DNA of 63,918 bases, counting the filler, from Chiloscyllium plagiosum (lineage: Eukaryota): NCBI RefSeq assembly GCF_004010195.1. It is 5 parts of one record of this genome, joined end to end, with 100 filler letters (N's around TTAATTAATTAA, not from the genome) between each part and the next. Parts side by side here need not be neighbours in the genome. Positions count along the whole stretch, not along the records: positions 1 to 15,044 come from NC_057713.1; positions 15,145 to 29,029 come from NC_057713.1; 3 more parts are not named here. One strand, 5' to 3'. The position numbers were made by a program, and so were the translations under genes. Of the stretch, positions 12,447 through 22,152 are shown piece by piece. Numbering within the stretch: the stretch's first letter is position 1; every line of letters starts with the position of its first letter. The notes below the pieces were generated by a model. That model saw only the letters and a list, made by a program, of their open reading frames with translations. It searched no databases and was not told the DNA's origin.

Positions 12447-13260
12447 GCACATGTTAGATACAAAGTAAACTCCTTCTACGCTGTACTCATCAAAGATTTG
12501 CAGGGTAGGGACAGCACTGGTTTACAGGGGGTTTTGCTCTCTATCTAAGACTGCCTGATACCTGCCCTTGGAATTCTTGATAGTAATACTGTAGGTGAGA
12601 TTTACTCTGTATCTAACAACGTGCTAATCCTCTCCTTGTAGTGTTTGATGGGGGCAGTTTAGAGTGAGCATTACTATACCTAACTTTGTTACCCTGTCCT
12701 CAGAGTATCCGAGGGCGGGGGGGGGGGGGGTTCTAGAGAACTTTACTCTATAGCTAACGCCAGGTTCTCATTGTCCTGGGAGTATTTGATGGTAGTCAGC
12801 GCAGAGGGAGCTTTACTCTGTATTAACCTTGTGTTGTCCCTGTCCTGAGAGAGTTTGATGCTTTGGACAGTATAAAGTAAGCTTTATTCTGTATCTAGCC
12901 CCAGTACTGTGTCTGCCTTGAGAGTGTTTGGTGGTAGACATGGGAGAGCTTTAATCAGGATCTAAAGTCATACATACCTGTCCGGGGAGTATTTTACAGG
13001 GACCATGTAGAAGAATTCTCACGCTGTTTCTGAGCCAATTGAGGACCTGTCCCGGGAGGCATTTAATGTAACCGTGGTGTGGGAGCAATATTTTCAGTTT
13101 AAAAGACTAGAAGCAGTCATGCATCCTGCTAAAGACGTAGAGGGGCAACCATTCTGTCTCCTAACCCGTGCTGACGCATTCATTGGAGTGTTTGCTGAGG
13201 CGACTGTGCTGAGGAAGAGTTTATTTGGGACGTTGAAAGATTCGAGGAAACTTTACTTCC
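12447..13260. repeat. Degenerate ~70-bp satellite (about 10 units) preceded by one inverted unit
   Basis: CTTTACTCTGTATCTAAC-like core near 12532, 12601, 12671, 12741, 12811, 12882, 12949; 12447-12522 is the reverse complement of the unit. Confidence 0.8.
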
Positions 13261-13304
13261 TATTTACTTTCTGAGTAGTGAGAGATTTACTTTCTGTTAT
13301 GAAT

Positions 13305-13565
13305 TCAGAACATAGAAAAGTACAGCACGGGAACAGGTAATTTAGCCTGCCATGCCCATAATGTCACTCTAAAGTAATTCCATCTGCCCGAACATGGGCC
13401 ATATTCCTTCTATTCCCTGCTTCTGTCTACTGTCCCTTATATGTAACTTTCATATCTGTCTCTGACATATCTGCTGTCAGCACATTCCAGGCAACTATCA
13501 CTACCCGTGAAAAAGAAAACATGCCTCTCGCATCTCTATTAACCTTTCTCCCTCCCACCTCAATT
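13305..13565 (-). mobile_element. CR1 3' end
   Basis: AGAACATAGAA tail complement followed by CR1 3' UTR and WNVL segment. Confidence 0.7.
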
Positions 13566-13629
13566 TTAGCAAGTCCCTGAATGCCAAAATTTCTTAGACC
13601 CACCCGAATTGTTCCTTTGCTGATTTTTT

Positions 13630-13970
13630 TTGAAAGGCAGGCTTAGTGATAAGGTAAAAACAATGACTGCAGATGCTGGAAACCAGATTCGGGATCAGTG
13701 GTGCTGGAAGAGCACAGCAGTTCAGGCAGCATCCGAGGGGCAGGCTTAGTGATAAACCGGACTAAAAGTAAATTTGTCAAATGCCAAGTCACCTTGGTTG
13801 GCCATGTTAGTGGACACGTACAAATGGCCCACAGGATGCAAACACAATGGGAACTGGGGAGTTTCCCTGTGCCCTCAACAAAAAGAGCAGAACTACAGTT
13901 TCTGAAATTGAGTGGATTTTATCGAAAATTAGTACCAAATTTTAGCAGCGTAACTGTTCCACTCAGCTGC
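13630..13970 (+). mobile_element. Ty3/Gypsy pol remnant (RT C-terminus) with inserted family A element (13653-13738)
   Basis: AGLVINRTKSKFVKCQVTLVGHV...FPVPSTKR..QFLKLSGFYRKLVPNFSSVTVPL; GGCAGGCTTAGTGATAA duplicated at 13636-13652 and 13739-13755. Confidence 0.75.
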
Positions 13971-14734
13971 AACTATCCCTCCCCTTCTGTAAGACCATTT
14001 CTCAAAGGACCACGTTTCACACTCTTGTGCACTATTTGCACTCACACACTTTATCTATTTTCTTGCCCTCCCAACTCAGCTCTCACTTTGTCTTTTTGCC
14101 TTCAACCCAGTCGCTCCAGAGTGATGGAAAGGCGAAATGAAATACAACAGCAAGCCAGAACTGAACAGGATTTACTAGGGATGGGAAAGATGTAAGCGGT
14201 GAAAGCAGAACAGTTCAAAGTCTGGAAATTTACTCTGAAAACTGAATACGACAGTGGATGGATGTCCGAGATCAGGAAAGAAACACACAGATAATGACTT
14301 CCTCACCTTTGATGAAAGGAAACTGACTCTGTAATTGTGCAGAAAAAAGTGCACTTTTGCACGTTAGAATCCCAAAGACCATCGGCACCGCCACAGAGCT
14401 GAACTCAAAACCCCCTTGGTACCAGTCACTAACCCTTTAGTAACACCACTGTGTGGGGCTTCCCAGGTTCACATTCCTGTGGGCAGAGGTCGGGCTCGCA
14501 CCTTCTGATCAGTTACGACTTCAGGTGACAACTAACGAGAGCTGCTCACAAGGTTGAGCGATTCGAATACAGTGAGGAAAATATATCAACTTCCTACCAT
14601 TCTCAGGGAACACACCTTCAGCTTTGTATAAATTCACTGTCAGATCGTTGTACACCAGAATTAAACATTTAGTTTGCCGTTCGAACATGTGATCTTTTCC
14701 AAGTTAGAAATCACACAACACCAGGTTATAGTCC

Positions 14735-14930
14735 TCGAGGGGAAAGTGAGGACTGCGGATGCTGGAGATCAGAGCTGAAAATGTGTTGCTGGAAAAGCGC
14801 AGCAGGTCAGACAGCATCCAGGGAACAGGAGAATCGACGTTTTTGGGCATGGGCCCACCCGAAACGTCGATTCTCCTGCTCCTTGGATGCTGCCTGACCT
14901 GCTGCGCCTTTCCAGCAACACATTTTCAGC
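14735..14930. mobile_element. Palindromic family A element inserted into a family B element
   Basis: Inverted arms around 14855; TSD CCAGGTTATAG(T/C)CC at 14721-14734 and 14931-14944. Confidence 0.85.
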
Positions 14931-14964
14931 CCAGGTTATAGCCCAACAGGTTTAATTGGAAGCA

Positions 14965-14999
14965 CACTAGCTTTCGGAGCGACGCTCCTTCATCAGGTG
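14965..14999 (-). ncRNA. Minimal type I hammerhead ribozyme motif (family B; host element 14701-15044)
   Basis: CAC-CUGAUGA-A-GGAGC-GUC-GCUCC-GAAA-GC-UA-GUG: core intact, 5-bp stem II, 3-bp stem I. Confidence 0.8.
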
Positions 15000-15044
15000 A
15001 TTGTGGAGGGCTCGTTTGTAACACAGAATTTATAGCAAAAATTT

Positions 15045-15144
15045 NNNNNNNNNNNNNNNNNNNNNNNNNNNNNNNNNNNNNNNNNNNNTTAATTAATTAA
15101 NNNNNNNNNNNNNNNNNNNNNNNNNNNNNNNNNNNNNNNNNNNN
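15045..15144. other. Assembly gap spacer
   Basis: 44 N + TTAATTAATTAA + 44 N. Confidence 0.98.
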
Positions 15145-15557
15145 GTCCACACCCAGTCCATTAACACCATCAAGCGTTTGGACATAGGTCCCAGATCCTT
15201 GGCCTGATATTCAGCATGCACGGCCAATGTGACATGAGGTATAGCTTCTTCAGACATCTCATACCATTCCAACTGTTCTGCAGTTAGTTCAACAACACCC
15301 GCCACACCTTCTTTCCCTAGCAGAATGCAACTGGAAGAAATATGCCATTGAGTCCCTTCTAGGTACTGATAGAATGCATGCTGATAGATTTCATTATCAT
15401 CTCTATCATAATATAGGGTAACATGGAGGGGATCTGCAGGAGGAGCATAGGGATGCAGCATCTGAACCCAGGGTCGCCATTGGTTGTATAAAGACTGTAT
15501 GCTGTTGTTCTGCCTGTTTTCGGGTTCGAGAAGTCCCCAGTATATATCTGCCCACTG
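15145..15557 (-). pseudogene. 2H phosphoesterase-like domain in ERV-A pol, downstream of the protease
   Basis: Two HxT motifs, LHVTL (His codon 15423-15425) and PHVTL (15234-15236), 63 aa apart, in the protease reading frame. Confidence 0.72.
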
Positions 15558-15639
15558 CCCTTCTGCCATGGGTGATGTGTCCGGTGATAACATCATTTGG
15601 GATCCAGAGTGAATCATTGTCATGGAACAGTTGACAGAA

Positions 15640-16000
15640 TAGCCATTCGGAAAGGTCACTACCAGCCCGTCTGGTCCGCACAAAACCGAAACCCCGCATC
15701 TCACCAGCAAGTCGCGACCCATCAGATTCACAGGGCATGCAGGTGATGAAATATACCGGTGATGGAAGGTCTGGCTGGCCACTGATATGATCAGTGGCGA
15801 TGTCAAAGGCAGATTTTCTGGTTTACCCGAGAACCCTACTAACTGGACGCTGGAGGATGACATGTTTGACCGAGGTATATCACAAGTGATGGTAGAAAAT
15901 CTTGCACCCGTGTCAACCAAAAAAGACAGATTCTTGTCCATTACCCTATTTGCATGTAGGGGTCTGCCAACCCCACATGTCCCTGAGTTCTCGGGCCCCG
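15640..16000 (-). pseudogene. pro: ERV-A aspartic protease
   Basis: FLVDTGA (Asp codon 15912-15914), flap VGFSG, NLMGRDLL. Confidence 0.92.
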
Positions 16001-18467
16001 TCAATATTCATACCCCTGCCCTTCCGGAATAGTTTGGGGGTACTGTCCTTGCACCGGGGCTGCAGCTGCATTTGGGACTTGGTAAGGCTGAACAGCCCGT
16101 TGAGAAGGAGGCTGACTTGAGCGGACATACTGTCCTCGGATCGATCCCTGGCCTCCCTGGGATCCCCACAGCATGGGACAATCCCTTCTCCAATGCCCGG
16201 GTTGGCCACACTCAAAATAGGTATTGGGTGGCTGACCTCTGAGTCCTCCGTGGCCCCTTCCTCTACCACGCATTCCTCCTGCTACATCTATAGGCCTGCC
16301 CCCATAGTGGGGGTGGTGTGGCATCCAATCAGGTGTTGGGTCTAGACTCGGGAGGAGTGTTTTGTGGCGACGGCTGCTGAACCATCTGATTAGTCGTCTT
16401 TTGGGAGGCCTTCTTTGTATCATTAGCCTTCCTTCTAGCCTCATCGAGCTGTAACTTCAGCAACTGCACTTGAGCTGACTCGTTGCTCTGTTTATCTTCA
16501 TCCTGTTTTGTCTTGTGACGCTTCATGTGGTGCGTCAAGTGTTTTTCCCAGTGTTCTGTAGAACAACCTGGATACGGGGTTACTCTCCATTGCCTCTTTT
16601 ACTTCCTTAGGCATCCCTGCCATAACGGCATTTCTAAATAACATGGTCTGTAGCTGACCAGACCCTAGATGGCTCCCCGCAGTATTTGTCCACGTGCCCT
16701 TACACCTAGCCAAAAAAGGCAGGCATATCCTCACCCTCCTTCATTGTGAAGGTGAGTGAGTGCATCACTCCCGGTGGAATCGGAAATCTATCCCTCATTG
16801 CCCTTCCCACACAGGTGGCATGCTGCGCGAACGGGTCTGAATCAGGTAGTAAGGTGGTCCCCGCAGAAGCTTCAATCTGCTGTATTTCCCACATACTCAA
16901 TTGCTTGCCCAACAATGCTCTCCATAGCTGACCAGACCCTAGATGGCTCCCCGCAGTATCTGTCCACGTGCCCTTACAACTAGCCAAAAAAGGCAGGCAT
17001 ATCCTCACCCTCCTTCATTGTGAAGGTGAGTGAGTGCATCGCTCCTGGTGGAATCAGAAATCTATCCCTCATTGCCCTTCCTACACTGGTGGCATGCTGC
17101 GCGAACGAGTCTGAATCAGGTAGTAAGGTGGTCCCCGCAGAAGCTTCAATCTGCTGTATTTCCCACATACTCAATTGCTTGCCCAACAATGCTCTCCAGT
17201 TGCCCATGGCTAACTTGTGGCCTAGTGTATATTGGCAAAATTTAGTCATCCAGGGCCCACCTCCCTCCATGGGTGGGGACATTTTATCCAGGATGCAGTT
17301 CATGTCAGTAAATGTGAAGGGCTGATAAACATCCCCCATATAAGAGCCTCTGTAAATTAATGGCATTTGGTGGTGCTGATACTTTATGGGTTGTCATAAT
17401 GTGTCTCTTTGACGCAGGTTATAACTTGTTTCAGGTAGGGGCTTCAGTGGAGGGCCATGTTCGGTATGCATTGTGAGTGAGCCTTTCAATGTGACGGGGT
17501 AGGTGTGTGGGTCATCCTCTGTCAGGGATTCTTCGTCCTCAATGTCCGTACTATTTTGAGACTCCTCCCCATCCAATTTCTCTCTGTGTCGTTCTTCTCT
17601 CAAATCTCTCCTTCTGTCTAAAAACCCATCACCTAGTAACTGACCTGAATCATGTAATCTTCCCCTCTTTTCATTCTCAACACTATACGGTGTTGAGTGA
17701 GCATCTGGCTCTTGCACTGATGAATGTCTCCCCTATTTTGGCTGCTCTTTGTTTCTGCTGTGTGTCATTATCACCCTGCTTGCCTCCTCTGCTTCCTTAA
17801 CTCCCTGTTCAGCTTCTAGTGTTAGTTTTTCTACTTTTCTGATGCTTTCTTATACTGCTTCCGCCAGTCTCTCTTTTACTACGTTGTACTCTCTTGTTCC
17901 TACTTCTTGCACATCTAACACCCCTTCTTGAACATACATGAGTGGCATTTGTGTTACAGGATATGGGGGCGGTGGTTGTACCCCAGGCAATTTAGGATAT
18001 AATGGCGCGGATGGTCCTGCCTTTTCTGTCTCCTTTGCCAGTTCTGTTTTAGAGGTACCACCTACTCTCTTTTGTAATGTTTCTACTGCTACACAGGCTA
18101 ATGTCATGTTGTGCAGATGAATCCTCCTCTCTTCTTTCTCCTTGCCTTCTTTTGTCCACTTTCTTCTAACTAATATTGACCCGTTCTTTCCCTTCATGTG
18201 CTCTTCTACTTCTAGTTTAGCTTGCTCTTCTGCTTTTCCTAAAAATGGCGACAATTTCTTCCTCTCCTCATCTTTAGGGACTTTGCCCTATTTTTGTAAT
18301 TCTTCCCAAACCTTGTCATATTTCTCCATCATTGTTTTTTGTTTGTTCTTTGCAAGCCCACTGACTAACTGACTTCTGGCTTTACCCCACTGCTGTTTTA
18401 TGGGCAACATTAAGTCGGAAGAACATCCTCCGTATTCTTCACACTCTTTATCAAATTCCCCTTCCAT
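16001..18467 (-). pseudogene. gag: ERV-A gag with stops, frameshifts and an internal duplication
   Basis: AAAATGG start at 18467 in frame with ORF 17850..18254; PSAPLYPKL and PPPPY; capsid-like YQPFTFTDMNCILDKM; knuckle YFECGQPGHWRRDC; TGA at 16001-16003. Confidence 0.88.
16651..17198. repeat. 274-bp tandem duplication inside gag
   Basis: 16651-16924 vs 16925-17198; 8 substitutions counted. Confidence 0.93.
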
Positions 18468-18804
18468 TTTATATGTTTTTTTTTAACCCTCCCGTCCAGT
18501 AGTCAAAGCAACCAAAGCAACCTACCAAAGCAACCCACCCAATCAGAAACAAATCCGGTGGCCAGTCAGTTTGTATGGAGTACACCCAAGCAACTGACCC
18601 TTTCAGTGAGAATTATCAGCAGTTTCGTTGTCACCGTTAGGTTTCCACTGCCGACTCTGTCTTGCTGAGAAACCACCGTCTTTGTTTTCAAGACACTACT
18701 GGCTTTTCTGCCACCCTCCGTACATTCCCCAATATAATTTTAAAACTTACAACACATCAATCATAAACCAAAATTTGTGAGCGTTGCTTTGATGAGATCC
18801 TGCT

Positions 18805-18950
18805 CAATGGACTTTAAACCTCCTCACACTTACGTACCTTGTTGCTTTTATGAGGACTCTAACCCCAGGGGACTTTAAACCTGTACGTATCAAACTTTGT
18901 TGCTTTTATTGGGACTCTAACCCCATGGGACTTTAAACCTGTACGTATTA
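18805..18950. repeat. ~60-bp tandem repeat (about 2.5 copies) in ERV-A leader
   Basis: GGACTTTAAACCT near 18809, 18870, 18928; TGCTTTTAT..GGACTCTAACCCCA twice. Confidence 0.8.
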
Positions 18951-19149
18951 TATCAATACTTTATCCACTTACTATTACTAGGACACTTGCAGTATAATGA
19001 CAACAATCAATTTGGTATCTCCAATTGCAGAACTTCGATATAAACAAGTGTCTGCTCACCTTTTTATGCGGCGCTGCTTGTTGTTGTCATCAGACGTCTG
19101 TTGTCCGTTGTTTCTATTTTTCTCTCTTTTCCGTCACTTCTCCATCTTC

Positions 19150-19167
19150 ATCACGTCGGGGTCACCA
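19150..19167 (-). promoter_or_regulatory. Primer-binding site, tRNA-Trp
   Basis: TGGTGACCCCGACGTGAT, 3 nt after the LTR-terminal CA; matches the tRNA-Trp PBS of avian sarcoma/leukosis viruses. Confidence 0.92.
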
Positions 19168-19170
19168 AAT

Positions 19171-19654
19171 TGTTGGACTTTGGCTCAATCTGCCAGCTTA
19201 CTTTCCTCAATGTGTGAGCCGAGTCCTGCGTGTTCTTTAAATGAAGCAATAGGAGAAGATATTCGGTCTCAAACTCTTAGTTTATTTTAGCAGTAAGTGG
19301 ACAAAGTATACAGAGCTCTGGGTCTAGACATTTCTGTCCCTGACAAACAACAAAGTGTGTCAGTTCACAAAGTACGACCTATTCCTGTCCCTGACCCAGT
19401 CTTTTATACAATACAAAACGTCATGCTATCACTGAGATGGGATTGTCTTCTGATTGGCTGTTGATCTGACTCCATTCTCCGCCTTCTCGCGTTCCCGGAT
19501 GTCCGACCCCACGTGACCTTCTTCTGCCCATGAAACAGAACACCACGTGACCTCCTCGTGCGCGTAATAGAACACCACGTGACCTCCTCTTGCGCGCGAA
19601 ACAGATACATCATCAAAGGCTTCCGAATGCCTCGCACCAAGCCATATATTTACA
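19171..19654 (-). repeat. 5' LTR of ERV-A (about 484 bp)
   Basis: TGT...ACA ends; three GGTCACGTGG boxes; CCAAT 19453-19457; TATAAAA 19402-19408; AATAAA 19281-19286; abuts an old LINE at 19655. Confidence 0.88.
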
Positions 19655-20300
19655 CACCCCATCAGTCTACTCTTGATCATCAGTAAAATAATTGAAGATG
19701 TCATCAACAGTGCTTTAAAGCCGCACCTGCTCAGCTTTGCCCAGTTTAGGTTCAGCCAAGGCCACTCAGCTCCTTACTTCATTACACCCTTGGTTCAAGC
19801 ATGGACAAAAGAGCTGAATTCCAGAGGTGAAGTGAGAGTGACAGTCCTTGACATCAACACTGCATTCAACTGAGTCTGGCATCAAGGAGCCTTAGCAAAA
19901 CTGGCAGGAATGGGAGAAAGGGGACAAAATCTCCATCAATTGGAGTCATACCTGGTATATCAAAAGATGGTTATGGTTGTTGAAAGTCAGTCTTCACAGC
20001 TCCAGTACATCCCTGCAGGAGGTCCTCAGGGTAGTGTCCTCAGCCTAGCCATCTACAGCTGCATCATCAATGACCTTCCCTCCATCATAACATCTGAAGA
20101 GAGGGTGCTCACCATGTTCAACACCATTTGCGACTCCTCAGATACTGAAGCAGCCCATGTCCAATGCAACAAAGCCTGGATAATAAAACACAATCTAACC
20201 ATCATCCCGTGACATTAAATGCTGTTACCATTACTGAATTCCTCACTATCAATATCCTGGGGCTTACCATTGATCAAAAACTCCACTGGAATCACATGCA
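19655..20300 (+). mobile_element. Old CR1-clade LINE RT fragment (ERV-A insertion target)
   Basis: PISLLLIISKIIE, QFRFSQGHS, LDINTAFN, GGPQGSVLS. Confidence 0.8.
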
Positions 20301-20454
20301 ATAAATGGATCTTCTTCTGAGTGGCAGCCAGTTATTAGTGGAATACTGGGACCCAATCAACCACCAACTTCTTCCACATGCTGTATACATCGCTATCCTT
20401 TATTTTATTCTGTTTCTTACATCTTAGTCCAAAATCCTAATGTCCACTTTCCTT

Positions 20455-20650
20455 TATTTTCCCCATAGGCTTCATCCTCTTACTGATCAAGAATCTAACT
20501 CAGCCATAAATATAGACAAGGACTCTGCCTCCACATATCTCTGTGGGAAGGAATTCCAAACATTTATAACCCTCTGTGAGAAGCAAGTCTTCCTCACCTC
20601 AAACTCAGATTGGCACCCCTTAATTCTGAAACCAGGCTCCCTGGGTCCAG
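20455..20650 (-). mobile_element. CR1 3' fragment
   Basis: FSQRVINVWNSFPQRYVEAESL. Confidence 0.7.
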
Positions 20651-21367
20651 AGGGAATTCCATGGCAATAGGGTCTAGTTGGACACATGGTATTGTTGAAA
20701 CTGATCTGAACTGTGTGAGTTGCTAAATTCATGAGTTTGCTGCTTACAAATTCAGACATTCATCTGCACAGTTTTAATTGGTTTTCTTCCAGACATTTCA
20801 ACACTTTTGGAAGACGCACTTTATTCAGCTAGTACCTCTGCTTGTGACTTCTGAAATAAATTGCAAACTAAACTCAGTATTCTTTTAACTTCAGAGGAAA
20901 CACATATATTTTTAAAACTTAATTTTTCACAGCCTTGCAGAATTAAGAGTTTAAAATAGATATTCTAACATTCCTGCCCATACGCTACACACGCACACAC
21001 ACACATGTGCAAACACATACACACTCATATACACATTAACACATTAAACTATTGTTTCACTTCAAGGGTTGTAAAAATGCATGCAAACAAATAGACCTCC
21101 TGGTTTCTTGACATCAAGCTCACAATAAAAATAAGATTAAAACTATGTCTCCCTCTTCATAGCACATAAATTACAAAATATTTATTAAAGTTAAATTAGC
21201 ACATTATACTGAATAGTGGTTAATAATAAAGCATATTGAGCTCGAGTTTTTAATGTGTTGCAAAAGGAAAGGTTATAAATCTGTTGATTTATAGAACATA
21301 GAACAGTACAGCGCAGTACAGGCCCTTCGGCCCTTGATGTTGCACCAACCTGCAAAAGTAATTTGAT

Positions 21368-21588
21368 AAGGTAAAAACAATGACTGCAGATGCTGGAAAC
21401 CAGATTCTGGATCAGTGGTGCTGGAAGAGCACAGCAATTCAGGCAGCATCCGACGAGCAGCAAAATCGACGTTTCGGGCAAAAGCCCTTCATCAGGAATA
21501 ATGAAGGGCTTTTGCCCGAAACATCGATTTTGCTGCTCGTCGGATGCTGCCTGAATTGCTGTGCTCTTCCAGCACCACTGATCCAGAA
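21368..21588. mobile_element. Palindromic family A element
   Basis: Arms of about 100 bp inverted around 21499; TSD AAAAGTAATTTGAT on both sides. Confidence 0.9.
21466..21497 (-). ncRNA. Minimal type I hammerhead ribozyme motif (family A)
   Basis: UC-CUGAUGA-A-GGGC-UUUU-GCCC-GAAA-CG-UC-GA: core intact. Confidence 0.8.
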
Positions 21589-21875
21589 AAAAGTAATTTG
21601 ATGCCCATCTAACCTACACCATTCCATTATTATCCATATTATATCCAATGCCCATTTAAATGTCCTTAATGTCAGTTAGTCTACTACTGTTGCAGGCAGG
21701 CCATTCCATGCCCCTGCTACTCTCTGAGTGAAGAAAATACCCCAATATCTGTCCTAAATCTATCACCCCTCAATTTAAAGATATGTCCCCTTGTGTTAGC
21801 CTTCACCGTCCAAGGAAAAAGGATCTTCGTGCCCACCATATTTAACCCTCTGATTATCTTATATGCCTCAATTAA

Positions 21876-22152
21876 GATTAGATTAGATTACATTACAGTG
21901 TGGAAACAGGCCCTTCGGCCCAACAAGCCCACACCGACCCGCCGAAGCATAACCCACCCATACCCCTACATTTACCCCTTACCTAACACTACGGGCAATT
22001 TAGCATGGCCAATTCACCTGATCTGCACATCTTTGGACTGTGGGAGGAAACCGGAGCACCCGGAGGAAACCCACGCAGACACGGGGAGAACGTGCAAACT
22101 CCACACAGTCAGTCGCCTGAGGCGGGAATTGAACCCGGGTCTCAGGCGCTGT
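21876..22152 (-). mobile_element. tRNA-derived V-SINE (HE1-like), 5'-truncated
   Basis: B box GGTTCAATTCC, V domain GTGGGTTTCCTCCGGGTGCTCCGGTTTCCTCCCACA, CR1-like tail, (TAATC)n end. Confidence 0.9.

Larger units (their letters stand above)
15145..19654 (-). mobile_element. ERV-A: endogenous retrovirus (LTR-PBS-gag-pro-2H), truncated by the gap; probably class I/epsilon-like
   Basis: LTR, PBS, gag late domains and zinc knuckle, aspartic protease in canonical order. Confidence 0.9.

Noticed and set aside
12447..13260. Regularly spaced repeats resembling a CRISPR array
   Set aside because: Whole ~70-bp unit is repeated with no unique spacers; vertebrate context, no cas genes.
13698..14195. 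165-aa ORF as a gene
   Set aside because: Chimera of a Penelope-derived insert, a Gypsy RT fragment and flank.
21876..22152. tRNA-like A/B boxes here and at 48497, 48990, 49741
   Set aside because: SINE heads, no complete cloverleaf.
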